A stretch of DNA of 64,000 nt from Alphaproteobacteria bacterium. GTDB lineage: Bacteria > Pseudomonadota > Alphaproteobacteria > SP197. Both the position numbers and the translations under genes were made by a program. Every line of letters starts with the position of its first letter. Position 1 is the first letter of the stretch. The stretch is from assembly GCA_964291415.2 (NCBI GenBank), contig OZ219920.1:1152001-1216000 (forward strand), given 5' to 3'. The notes below the pieces were generated by a model. The model was not told where the DNA came from, made no database searches, and saw only the letters and a program-made list of their open reading frames with translations. Positions 53,638 through 63,418 of the stretch are shown here, piece after piece.

Positions 53638-53768
53638 CAGACAATCTCCCTCAGGTGTAACCTGCAACAGACTACCAACTTTGCCGTTGGAGAACCATGG
53701 CGTCATGAACGCGACGCGGCCTGTGGCTCGAACCCTTAAGTTCAGGCGAAACAGGGAAGGGGAAGAAT

Positions 53769-54779
53769 ATGGAAAGATTGAAGATTGCAGTGACAGGCCT
53801 GGGCTGATTTGGCGAGATTCATTGCGAGACCATCGCTGGCGTTCCGGAACTCGAACTCGTCGCCCTGGCCACCAGGCGCCCACGCCGCATGCAGGAGATG
53901 TCGGCCAAGTCCGGTGTCGGGAAGACTGCAACGGACTATCGCGAGATCCTCGCTGATCCCTCCATAGACGCCGTGTCAGTTGTCACCCAGTGGCATCAGC
54001 ATGTGGAACCCGCGTGTGCCGCCCTTGAGGCCGGCAAGCATGTCTTTCTCGAAAAGGCGATGGCCATGGATCCTGGCGAGTGCAAGAGGATCATCGACGC
54101 CGCGCGTTCGGCCCGGGGTATCCTGCAGGTGGGGCATATCTGCCGTTTCAATCCACGCCACCGAATGGCCAAGCAAGCCATCGAGGACGGTCGGATCGGC
54201 AAGATCGTCGCCATGAGTTCAAGAAGGAACATTCCCCTGGCATGGACTCATGACATTATCCGCAAGATCGGGCCTGTCGTTGGTGATGGTGTTCACGACA
54301 CCGACCTCATGCTCCGGCTGGCCGGTGATCGCATCATCTCTGCCTATTGCCAGACGGTCACTGTCAGGGGTCTGGAGAATCCGGATGTCGGCCAGACCAT
54401 GTACAGATTCGAGAGTGGCGCCACAGCCACCATGGAGACCGCCATGTGCATGCCCGAACAGACACCATTCGATATCGACGAGCGCCTGGCGATCATTGGC
54501 AGCGAGGGAATCATTCATGTCCAGGACACGTTCCCCAATCTGGCGATCGTCGATTCCAGCAAACTCGCCAGCCCGGATACGACGTACTGGCCGATGTTCG
54601 ATGGAGTCAGGGGAGGAGCGCTGCGTGACGAATTTGCCTATTTCGCGTGTGCAGCGCTGGATGACGCGGCCCCGGAGATCGGCCGGCCGGAAGACGCCGC
54701 TGCGGCGGTTGCCGCAACCCTGGCGGCGGAACGCTCGTCACGGACAGGCAATGTCGAGCCGGTGAAAGAAGTCGCATAA
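53769..54779 (+). pseudogene. Gfo/Idh/MocA-family oxidoreductase with in-frame TGA at codon 13
   Basis: ATG 53769 reads MERLKIAVTGLG*FGEIH... in frame with the downstream ORF (AGKHVFLEK, GHICRF, GVHDTD); TGA at 53805-53807 lies in the GxGxxG motif. Confidence 0.8.
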
Positions 54780-54795
54780 GGTATATTATGGAACA

Positions 54796-55581
54796 TTATG
54801 GACGTTGTGCGCCACCAAACAGGCGGAAGAAGTTGTCGGTGGTGATGGCGGCGAGGTCGCCTTCCGACACCTCCTTCAGTTCGGCCAGGCAACGGGCCGT
54901 GTGGACGACGAGCGCCGGCTCGTTGCGCTTGCCACGTTTCGGCACGGGGGCAAGGAACGGGGCATCGGTCTCGACCAGCAGCCGTTCCAGGGGAATGTCC
55001 CTGACAATGTCACGCAGGTCGGAGGCGTTCCGGAAGGTCACGATCCCCGATATCGAGATTGAGAATCCCAGCCGGAGACTGCGTTGGGCGAGATCCCGGC
55101 TGGCACTGAAACAATGAATGAGCCCTGGAAATGAGCCTCCCGTCTCTGTTTCTTCCTCGAGGATTGCCATGGTGTCCTCGTCAGCAGAGCGCGTATGGAC
55201 AATAAGTGGCAGACCAGTGCTGCGCGATGCCCTGACATGTTCCCTGAAGCTCTGCCGCTGGGCCTCGCGGGGGCTGTTGTCGTAATGGTAGTCGAGACCT
55301 GTCTCGCCGATACCGATGACATGCGGACAGTCGGCGAAGGCGGTAATCTCGCACTCGGCCCGGACTCCCTCCTCGGCAACGTGGTGGGGATGAACTCCGG
55401 CTGAACAATAGATGCCGTCGTGGGCCTCGGCGATCGCCCTCACCTCGGAAAAGCGGCTGAGGCGCGTCGAGATCGTCTGCATGACCGCGACGCCGGCATT
55501 CCTGGCCCGGGCGACGACATCATCGAGCTCATCGGCGAAGTCCGGGAAATCGAGGTGGCAATGGCTGTCGACAAGCATCAT
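54796..55581 (-). CDS. tatD: TatD family hydrolase
   Basis: LVDSHCHLD, GVHPH, IGETGLDY, HCFS, ETDAPFLAP. Confidence 0.95.
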   Translation of the reverse strand: MMLVDSHCHLDFPDFADELDDVVARARNAGVAVMQTISTRLSRFSEVRAIAEAHDGIYCSAGVHPHHVAEEGVRAECEITAFADCPHVIGIGETGLDYHYDNSPREAQRQSFREHVRASRSTGLPLIVHTRSADEDTMAILEEETETGGSFPGLIHCFSASRDLAQRSLRLGFSISISGIVTFRNASDLRDIVRDIPLERLLVETDAPFLAPVPKRGKRNEPALVVHTARCLAELKEVSEGDLAAITTDNFFRLFGGAQRP

Positions 55582-57119
55582 GACGTGCTCTCGTCAAGAC
55601 GCGGGAACACGCCCTCGGGCTCGGGCAACGGACAGCCGGGCCGCAGGCTGTGGTCCTCACCGATCGAGGCAAAGTCGCGCATGTTGCCGGGAACGGAGAG
55701 CTGGTCGAGGAGCCGTGCCGAGGACTGCGGCATGACAGGCTGAGTCAACAATGCGAGGATGCGGATCAGTTCAGCGGTGCAGTAGAGCACGGTCTCCATG
55801 CGTTGCGGGTCCGCGGCCTTCAGTTTCCACGGCGCTTCGGAATCGATGTAGCGGTTGGCAGCACCGATGACCTCCCAGATGTCCCGTAACATCAGCTGGA
55901 AAGCCTGAACATCGACATGCCGGCGAAGGCGATCGACGAGACCCCTGCCCTGTGCAAGGAGCTCACGGTCCTGGTCCTGATACGTTCCTGGTGACGGCAC
56001 CCTCCCCTTGCAGTTGCGGGCAATCATCTTCAGCACACGCTGTGCCAGGTTGCCGTAGTCGTTGGCGAGATCATGGTTGCACCGGAGCATGGCGCCGCGA
56101 TGCGAGAAGTCGCCGTCGTTGCCGAAGTTTACCTCGCGCATCAGCGTATAGCGCACCTGGTCAAGCCCGTAGCGGGCAACGATTTCGGACGGCACGATGA
56201 CGTTGCCAAGGGACTTGGAGATCTTCCGGCCCTCGCTGGTCCACCAGCCATGAGCGAAGACGCGGCTGGGCACGTCGATGCCCGCAGCCATGAGAAAGGC
56301 AGGCCAGTACACCGCGTGGAATCTCAGGATGTCCTTGCCGACCATGTGCAAGGCGGGCCACCAGGACGTGAACGACTCCCCCGTTTCGTCAGGATATCCG
56401 ACCGCCGTGATGTAGTTTGTCAGGGCATCGATCCAGACATACATGACGTGGCGGGAATCACCCGGAACCGGGATGCCCCAAGTGAAGCCCGTACGTGAAA
56501 TCGACAGATCGTTGAGTCCGCCACTGACGAAGCTCACCACCTCGTTGCGTCTCACCTCGGGCATGATGAAGCCGGGCCGGTCCTCGTAGAGCTTCAAAAG
56601 GCGGTTCTGCCACGCGGACAGACGGAAGAAGTAGCTCGGCTCCTTCACCCACTCCACCGGAGCACCCGAAGGAGCCACCCTGCGGCCCTTGTCATCCACG
56701 CCAAGTTCGTCCTCGGTATAGAACGCCTCATCGCGGATGGCGTACCAGCCTTCATAGGTTCCGAGATAGATCTCGCCAGCCTCCTCGAGGCGCCGCCACA
56801 ATGCCTGGACAGAACGGATGTGGCGCTCCTCCGTCGTCCGGATGAACTGGTCATTGGAAAAGTTCCATTCCCTGGCAAGGGTACGGAAGTTCTCCGAAAC
56901 CTCGTCACAGAATGTCGCCGGATCGGTGCCGGCTTCCCGTGCCGCCCTTTCGACCTTCTGGCCATGCTCGTCGGTTCCTGTCAGGAACAGCACATCATAC
57001 CCGTCGAGACGCTTGAAACGGGCCATCACGTCGCAGGCGAGCGTGGTGTAGGCATGCCCGATGTGCGGGTTGTCGTTGACGTAGTAGATCGGCGTCGTGA
57101 TGTAGAACTTGTCGCGCAT
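55578..57119 (-). CDS. metG: Methionine--tRNA ligase
   Basis: YITTPIYYVN..PHIGHAY, TGTDEHGQK, KISKSLGN. Confidence 0.97.
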   Translation of the reverse strand: MRDKFYITTPIYYVNDNPHIGHAYTTLACDVMARFKRLDGYDVLFLTGTDEHGQKVERAAREAGTDPATFCDEVSENFRTLAREWNFSNDQFIRTTEERHIRSVQALWRRLEEAGEIYLGTYEGWYAIRDEAFYTEDELGVDDKGRRVAPSGAPVEWVKEPSYFFRLSAWQNRLLKLYEDRPGFIMPEVRRNEVVSFVSGGLNDLSISRTGFTWGIPVPGDSRHVMYVWIDALTNYITAVGYPDETGESFTSWWPALHMVGKDILRFHAVYWPAFLMAAGIDVPSRVFAHGWWTSEGRKISKSLGNVIVPSEIVARYGLDQVRYTLMREVNFGNDGDFSHRGAMLRCNHDLANDYGNLAQRVLKMIARNCKGRVPSPGTYQDQDRELLAQGRGLVDRLRRHVDVQAFQLMLRDIWEVIGAANRYIDSEAPWKLKAADPQRMETVLYCTAELIRILALLTQPVMPQSSARLLDQLSVPGNMRDFASIGEDHSLRPGCPLPEPEGVFPRLDESTS

Positions 57120-57156
57120 GCCTCATCGCCCCCCTGGCCTGGCGGACGACGGTGTC

Positions 57157-58269
57157 TCAGGTCCTGACAGCCGCCTGCAGGGTACCGAATACCGACAGGA
57201 TGGACTGCCTGCGATCCAGATTGAGTGACTGGACTGTCCGACGCAGGTGCGCGACCTTTTCCCACACGGCTATCCATCGATCAAGGGCGGGGTCACCGGC
57301 GATGCGCGCCATCGCCTCGATCTCCTCCGGCAGGACGGGTGTCGTGTCCTTTCCCGTCGCCGCCTTGCGGATCATCGCTGCGGACCAATTCGTGAGAAAA
57401 TCGAATGCCAGGTGCCAGGATGCCTCGCCGCCGGGCCTGCCAAGACGTTCCGCAAGGCGGTGGAGTGCCGCCGGATCAATGTCCGGAGCCATGGCAATCA
57501 GGCCGATCATCTCGCGATAAAGGGCGAGACCGTCTTTCTCGGCCAGCATCAGCGCACGGCCTGGACTGCCACCTGACAGGCGGGCCAGCGAGTCCCTCTC
57601 GTCGGCCGCCAGATCCGGCAGAAACCGTTCAAGCAACAGCTCCACCTGCTCCTTCAAGAGCGGGGAAAGAGAGAGTTTTCTGCAACGGGACCTGATGGTA
57701 GCCAGCAAAGAGGAGGGTACCGCGGAAACAAGCAGCACGACCGCACGACGAGGGGGCTCCTCGATCACCTTGAGAGCCGCATTGGCCGCACTCGAATTCA
57801 TCAGATCGGCGTCGTCGATGATGGCGACCCGCCAGCCATCGTTGCCGGCCGTCCGGGCGAAGAAGGGCCTGATGCGGCGCACATCGTCGACGACGATTTC
57901 CTGGCGGCGCTTTCCCCGCTCGCCCACGGCAAGCTCGATGCCGAGAACATCGCCGTGTGAACGTGCCGAGATCCAGGCGGCAGCGGGGTCGCTGGCATTG
58001 AAGTCCAGGGTTGCCGGCGGTTCTGCAAACAGGTCCTCGCCTGAGCCGCACTGGAGATGCCGGGCCAGGCGCCAGGCCAATGTTGCCTTGCCGATTCCTG
58101 CCCTGCCCCCGATGATCCAGGCACCGGCGATACGTTCGTTCGCCACCAGACCCGCGAGCCGGCGCTCGGTCTCGTCATGTCCGATGAGTTCCTCGTTCGC
58201 CCAGGGGGCCGGAACCGCGAGCTCCGGAAAGTCCGGATGTTTGCGGATGTCGACCGGATCGTCCTTCAC
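57157..58269 (-). CDS. holB: DNA polymerase III delta' subunit
   Basis: G.AGIGKATLA, ANAALKVIEEPP, TIRSRC; lies between tmk and metG. Confidence 0.92.
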   Translation of the reverse strand: MKDDPVDIRKHPDFPELAVPAPWANEELIGHDETERRLAGLVANERIAGAWIIGGRAGIGKATLAWRLARHLQCGSGEDLFAEPPATLDFNASDPAAAWISARSHGDVLGIELAVGERGKRRQEIVVDDVRRIRPFFARTAGNDGWRVAIIDDADLMNSSAANAALKVIEEPPRRAVVLLVSAVPSSLLATIRSRCRKLSLSPLLKEQVELLLERFLPDLAADERDSLARLSGGSPGRALMLAEKDGLALYREMIGLIAMAPDIDPAALHRLAERLGRPGGEASWHLAFDFLTNWSAAMIRKAATGKDTTPVLPEEIEAMARIAGDPALDRWIAVWEKVAHLRRTVQSLNLDRRQSILSVFGTLQAAVRT

Positions 58270-58327
58270 GGCAGCTGACGGCAGAGCATGCCCGACGCCC
58301 CTCCCCTGTCAGCCTGGCGGTCGTTCG

Positions 58328-58963
58328 TCATGGAATCGGCCATCTCCGTGACACTTCTGATCCAAGGCGGCCGGCCACCTCATCCTCGCTGCCTGAGGCA
58401 TCCACGACCTTGATGCGGTCGCTCTCCCTGCTGGCGATGGAGAGGAACGCTGCGCGCAAGCGTTCGTGGAAGGCCTCCCCCATGCGCTCGTAGCGGTTGG
58501 TGGTCCCGCGATTTTCGGCTCTGGCAAGGCCCATCCCGACCGGGACGTCCAGCAAGAACGTGAGATCCGGCCGCACCATGCTGCCAATGGCAAGTCGACC
58601 GATGTCGTCAACGAAATCGAGGCCCGCGCCCTGCACCACCCCCTGGTAGGCCCGTGTCGAGTCGGAGAATCGATCGCTGATCACCCAGCGACCCTCTGCA
58701 AGGGCCGGGCAGATTGTCTTGAGGACATGCTCACGCCGGGCTGCCACGTGAAGAAGAACTTCGGTTCCCGGATCCCATCGGTCCGTGGCCCCTGCAACGA
58801 CCAGTTCCCGGATTGCCTCGGCGCCCGGTGCTCCTCCGGGCTCGCGCGTCACCACGACGTCGACGTCATATGTCTCGGCGATCCAGGATGCCAGACGCCG
58901 GGCCTGGGTCGACTTGCCGGCCCCCTCTCCACCTTCAAGGGTGATCAGCCTGCCCCGTCTCAA
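58328..58963 (-). CDS. tmk: Thymidylate kinase
   Basis: ITLEGGEGAGKSTQ, TREPGG, SDRFSDST.AYQG. Confidence 0.96.
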   Translation of the reverse strand: MRRGRLITLEGGEGAGKSTQARRLASWIAETYDVDVVVTREPGGAPGAEAIRELVVAGATDRWDPGTEVLLHVAARREHVLKTICPALAEGRWVISDRFSDSTRAYQGVVQGAGLDFVDDIGRLAIGSMVRPDLTFLLDVPVGMGLARAENRGTTNRYERMGEAFHERLRAAFLSIASRESDRIKVVDASGSEDEVAGRLGSEVSRRWPIP

Positions 58964-60093
58964 AGCGCGCCCGCATCGCCGAAAATCAGGTATCCGAGCA
59001 CTGTCGCCATTCTCAGCAACAAGGAAGGTTTCCCGACATCACGGCCGGCCAGAAGAGGTTGCTCGACGGTGTTCACACCTGGAGCCTCGATCACCAGTCT
59101 GGCAATCTCCTGACCTTTTTCGATCGGTGCCGGCACCGGGCCTTCGTAGACGATTCGGACAGCCAGAGAATCCCGGGTAGCCCGTGGCAGGGTCACAACC
59201 AGATCGTCCGCCAGGACGAGCGGCACCGTATCGGAATCGCCAAGCCAGACCCTGGCCGTGCCCACTTCACCCCCGGACCCGAGGAGATGGTAGGCGTCAT
59301 ACTCCCTGAATCCCCATTCGATGATCGCCTGGGATTCCCGGGCCCGGGCTGTGGCGCTCTCGAATCCGTTGACGGCGAGGATTAACCGACGGTCTCCCCG
59401 CACTGCGGAAGCTGTGAGGCCGTATCCCGCCGCACGGGTATACCCGGTCTTGAGACCGTCAGCGCCAACTCCGCTGTAAAGCAGAGGATTCCGGTTGGTC
59501 TGATGGATGCCGTTGTAGGTGAACTCCGTCTCGGCATAGTAATGATAATATTGAGGAAAGTCTCGTATCGTTCGACTTGCGAGAAGGGCAAGATCTGTCA
59601 CGGTGGTCACATGCCCCTCTTCGGGCCAACCCGAGGAGTTGAGAAATGTGGTGCCGTTCATGCCGAGTTCCCGGGCGCGTTGCGTCATGAGATCGCCGAA
59701 TTCGCCTTCGGATCCGGACAGCCCCTCGGCGACCACGATCGACGCATCATTGCCGGACTGGACAACGATTCCCCGCAACAGGTCCTCGACCGTCACACTG
59801 TCGCCGACTTCGACGAACATCTTCGATCCACCCTTGCGCCAGGCCTTTTCACTGACCGGCAGGGTATCCTCCAGAGTGAGCGTTCCCGACGCGAGCTTCT
59901 CGAACAGGAGGTACACCGTCATCAGTTTGGTCATGGATGAGGGCTCGGTCGGCGTGTCGGCGTTCTTCTGGTAGAGAATTGTGCCAGTCGTCTCGTCGAC
60001 GAGAATGGCCTCGCGCGCCGAGATCTCGAACGCCGCCAGTGGTGTCGACAGGCCGACTACGGCAACGAGACAAATCAGGATTCGCCAGATCAT
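58960..60093 (-). CDS. dacA: D-alanyl-D-alanine carboxypeptidase (PBP5/6 family)
   Basis: SxxK (SMTK), SGN, KTG; signal peptide; RBS GGAAGG. Confidence 0.92.
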   Translation of the reverse strand: MIWRILICLVAVVGLSTPLAAFEISAREAILVDETTGTILYQKNADTPTEPSSMTKLMTVYLLFEKLASGTLTLEDTLPVSEKAWRKGGSKMFVEVGDSVTVEDLLRGIVVQSGNDASIVVAEGLSGSEGEFGDLMTQRARELGMNGTTFLNSSGWPEEGHVTTVTDLALLASRTIRDFPQYYHYYAETEFTYNGIHQTNRNPLLYSGVGADGLKTGYTRAAGYGLTASAVRGDRRLILAVNGFESATARARESQAIIEWGFREYDAYHLLGSGGEVGTARVWLGDSDTVPLVLADDLVVTLPRATRDSLAVRIVYEGPVPAPIEKGQEIARLVIEAPGVNTVEQPLLAGRDVGKPSLLLRMATVLGYLIFGDAGAL

Positions 60094-60641
60094 GGATAGC
60101 CTTCCGCTCACCACTGCAACAGGGGCGCGTCCAAGCCGGTGCCGTCAACCGAGACGCAGTGCGAGGATACCGCTTACCCCTGCCGCACGTCGATACCACG
60201 AGCATTACTGGCAACGCGTTGCGGCATTCCTGTGACAGAATACCCCAAGTCGTCTCCTTGCAACCCCGCCAGGGCGCAGTCGTGATGCTCACCAGGAATT
60301 CAGTTGTCCATCGGAACAACCCACACGAACATGCCATGGCGGGCGCAAGCGACCCTGACGAGATCGGGGGCCTCTCACGCCGGATGACCCTGCACGTTCA
60401 TTGACGTGACGGAGTTCGGCATGTGACGAAGCACATGCGCAAGGCCAATGACATGCAGGTTCTTGCTGCCGATGCTGCCCTGGTGTTGGACCTTACGGCC
60501 GGTGCCACATGGTCCGGTTTCAGGAATGGCGCGCATCAGGCGACACTGTGAGAAAGGCCGTACATCAGGATCTTGAACGGAGATGACAGGCTCGTCCATG
60601 CCTGGAATTGAACCCGCTCCGGGCAGCCGCACGCTGGTCGG

Positions 60642-61439
60642 TCACATGGCGGTGACGACGATCGCTTCGTGGTAGCCGAGATTCACCACCTGTTCGAGAA
60701 TTCGGTCGGCCTGGCCGCGAGCGAGGAACGGACCCACGCGGACCCGGTAGAAGACCCGGCCGTCAACCACCGCGCGAACGACATGAATGTCACCGGTGCC
60801 GACAAGCGCATTGCTCACCACGAAAGCGTTCGCCGCGTCTGTGAAGGCGCCTGCCTGGACGAACAGACCGCCACCGGGATCCTCATGGGTCAAATCGACG
60901 GCAGGTGCGGCAGTGCGGTCTGTTCCCGCTGGTTCGCGACCGAGCTCGGCCCAGGTCCTGCCACTCTCCCGGTCGATCACCTGAACCCTGACCCGGGCCG
61001 TTCCTTTCTCTTCGAATCCGAGCAGCTGGGCGCCGCGGCGCGACACATCGATGATACGCCCGGCAATGAAGGGGCCGCGGTCATTGACCCTGAGAACGAG
61101 ACTTCGTCCATTCTCCAGATTCTTGACCCTGACATAGACGGGCATGGGCAATGTCTTGTGAGCCGCCGTCAGTTCATTCATGTCATAGATTTCGCCGTTG
61201 GCGGTCAGCTGTCCGTGGAAGGGCTCTCCATACCAGGATGCTATGCCCTCTTCGTCGTAGAAGGGATCCACCGCGGGGTGGTACCAGACACCCTTGATTT
61301 CGTAGGGTTGCCCGACCTTGTAGTGCCCCCGTGCCTCCTGACCGCCGGACTTCATGACCGTGGCGGCAAAGTCGATCTCGGCGCAGGCCGCCAGGAAGAA
61401 GGCGAGAAGCGCGATGCCAGCCCAGCGCCAGGGCGTCAT
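60642..61439 (-). CDS. rlpA: Septal lytic transglycosylase RlpA lipoprotein
   Basis: Lipobox LAAC, GIASWYG, TAAHKTLP, VNDRGPF, C-terminal SPOR (QAGAF...YRVRVGP). Confidence 0.95.
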   Translation of the reverse strand: MTPWRWAGIALLAFFLAACAEIDFAATVMKSGGQEARGHYKVGQPYEIKGVWYHPAVDPFYDEEGIASWYGEPFHGQLTANGEIYDMNELTAAHKTLPMPVYVRVKNLENGRSLVLRVNDRGPFIAGRIIDVSRRGAQLLGFEEKGTARVRVQVIDRESGRTWAELGREPAGTDRTAAPAVDLTHEDPGGGLFVQAGAFTDAANAFVVSNALVGTGDIHVVRAVVDGRVFYRVRVGPFLARGQADRILEQVVNLGYHEAIVVTAM

Positions 61440-62413
61440 GGCTGTCGGGACAGTGCATCCGCGATGGCGGTCACGGACATCGCGAAGTAATCGGATCGGT
61501 TCCATTTGAGAATGGCCCGGTAGTTGTCGAACACGAGGAAGGCGGGACCGTCGGCGCCGGAAGGCAAGGCAAGCGATGCTGCGGCATCCAGGGGAACGAC
61601 GGGAGCCTCGCCCTGCCACGTCACGCCCCGCGAGTTCCACGTTTCAAGGGACTCGATGTCGTCACGCGTGAAGTCGAATCCTGCGGGCACGGTGACCGCA
61701 CCACCCCACGGCATGCCTCGCTGCCATCCCGAACGTGCCAGGTAGTTGGCAATCGATGCAAAGACATCCCCCCGGTTCCGCCAGATGTCACGACGCCGAT
61801 CAAGGTCCCAATCCACTGCGAACCGGCTGAAACTCGATGGCATGAACTGGCTCTGGCCCATGGCGCCGGCCCACGATCCCGTCATGTCGGTGCGGACGAC
61901 ATGCCCCTCATCGAGAATCGTCAGGGCATGGATGAGTTCATTGCGGAAAAAGGCGCTGCGCCGGCCATCGAAGGCGAGGGTCGCCACAGCGGCAATGACA
62001 TCAAAACCGCCGGTATAGCTCCCGAACCTCGTTTCAACGGCCCAGATGGCGACGATGTACTCGGCATCAAATCCATAGTGGGCGGCAATCGCCTCCAGAA
62101 GCGGACGGTGTTCGGCGTACTTTTGCGCCGCTCTCGCGATCAGGGACTCCGGCACCCGGCTTTCCATGTATTCGTCGAAGGTCAACATGCCTTCGGGCTG
62201 GTGGCGGTCGAGCTCGATCACCCGCGCGTCAGGCTCCAGTTCGGAGAGTGCCGCATCAAGGGTCTGCTGACTGATGCCGGCGGCGGCTGCCTCCGCGCGC
62301 ACACCGGCAAGAAACTCCTCCCACCCGGAAGCCCGGACTGAAGGCATGGCAGACAGAACGAGGAGGCTGCAGGCGAGCACTGCCACCGGCAATCGAAGCG
62401 AATCAGGCAACAC
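61436..62413 (-). CDS. mltB: Lytic murein transglycosylase B family
   Basis: AIWAVETRFG, GSWAGAMGQSQFMPSS, ASIANYL...GW, WNRS; start approximate (GTG 62413 or TTG 62410). Confidence 0.9.
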   Translation of the reverse strand: MLPDSLRLPVAVLACSLLVLSAMPSVRASGWEEFLAGVRAEAAAAGISQQTLDAALSELEPDARVIELDRHQPEGMLTFDEYMESRVPESLIARAAQKYAEHRPLLEAIAAHYGFDAEYIVAIWAVETRFGSYTGGFDVIAAVATLAFDGRRSAFFRNELIHALTILDEGHVVRTDMTGSWAGAMGQSQFMPSSFSRFAVDWDLDRRRDIWRNRGDVFASIANYLARSGWQRGMPWGGAVTVPAGFDFTRDDIESLETWNSRGVTWQGEAPVVPLDAAASLALPSGADGPAFLVFDNYRAILKWNRSDYFAMSVTAIADALSRQP

Positions 62414-63350
62414 CGCGCCGCTCCTCTCGTGGAGGACGACCGAACAGCTCGCGATAGCGGTGACTGAAGTGCGAGGCTGACACAAATCCTGCGGAAAGGG
62501 CGATCGACAGGATCGAAGTCGATCCCTGCAGCAGCATCAGGCGGGCATGATGCAATCTCAGCTCCCGGTAGTAGCGTGAAGGGGACCGTCCTAGGTGTCT
62601 GGTGAACAGGCGCTCCAGTTGCCGGGTCGAAAGGCTCACGCCTCTGGCAATGTCGGGAATCGTCAGCGGCTCCTCGAGATTGCGTTCCATGACATCGATG
62701 GCTGCCAGGACCTTCGCATCACTGACTCCGGTGCGTGATTGAAGCGCCATCCGCTGCTGGTCATCGGATTGCCGGATCCTCTCGTGAATGAACTGTTCGG
62801 AAACCCGGCCGGCCAGTTCGACGCCGTGATCGAGCATGATGAGATGAAGCATGAGATCGAGAGAGGCAGTTCCGCCCGAGCATGTGATCCTGTTGCGGTC
62901 GATCTCGAACAGGTCGTCAGTGAGCTCGATGTCCGGATAGAGTTCGGTGAAGCTCTCGTGATCTTCCCAGTGAATGGTGCAGCGATGTCCCCGGATCAGA
63001 CCGGCGCGGGCAAGAATGTGCGTTCCCGTGCACAGACTTCCCATGACGGTGCCCTGACGCGCCAGCTTTCTCAGCCATGCCATGACTGATCTGTCGGCGA
63101 ACTTCTGGGCGTCGATTCCCGAACAGACGAACAATGTCTCGCAGGCAGAAACGTCGCTCATCGCATGATGAGGCACGACCTCCATGCCGTTGCTGGCCTT
63201 GACCGGCCGGCCGTCGCGCGAGATGAACGTCCAGCGGTAATGGGTGGCGCCACTCATGCGATTGGCCGAACGCAACGGCTCGACTGCGGCAGCAAAAGCC
63301 ATCATCGAGAATTCCGGGATCAGGAGAAACGCGAAGGATCTCACAGCCAC
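62403..63350 (-). CDS. GlxA-family (GbdR/CdhR-like) AraC regulator with DJ-1/GATase-like domain
   Basis: FSMMAFAAAVEPLRSANR, CTIHWE, TCSGG.ASLD, LSTRQLERLF, GF.SASHFS. Confidence 0.9.
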   Translation of the reverse strand: MAVRSFAFLLIPEFSMMAFAAAVEPLRSANRMSGATHYRWTFISRDGRPVKASNGMEVVPHHAMSDVSACETLFVCSGIDAQKFADRSVMAWLRKLARQGTVMGSLCTGTHILARAGLIRGHRCTIHWEDHESFTELYPDIELTDDLFEIDRNRITCSGGTASLDLMLHLIMLDHGVELAGRVSEQFIHERIRQSDDQQRMALQSRTGVSDAKVLAAIDVMERNLEEPLTIPDIARGVSLSTRQLERLFTRHLGRSPSRYYRELRLHHARLMLLQGSTSILSIALSAGFVSASHFSHRYRELFGRPPREERRGVA

Positions 63351-63418
63351 TGTCCCTGATGCCTGCCAAGCATATCAGGGGGTGTGCGCGCCGGGGAGCG
63401 GGTTGTTGATCCGGGCAC

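Noticed and set aside
53805-53807. Selenocysteine or genome-wide UGA=Trp recoding
   Set aside because: The position is a non-catalytic site in GxGxxG, there is no evident SECIS hairpin just downstream, and TGA is the normal stop of most genes in the window
51179-55581. mazG and tatD as an anti-phage defence module
   Set aside because: Both are full-length housekeeping forms in the standard tmk-holB-metG-tatD...mazG context, with no defence-associated partners
60314-60330. GAAC-N9-GAAC as a second SOS box
   Set aside because: Spacing is 9, not the required 7
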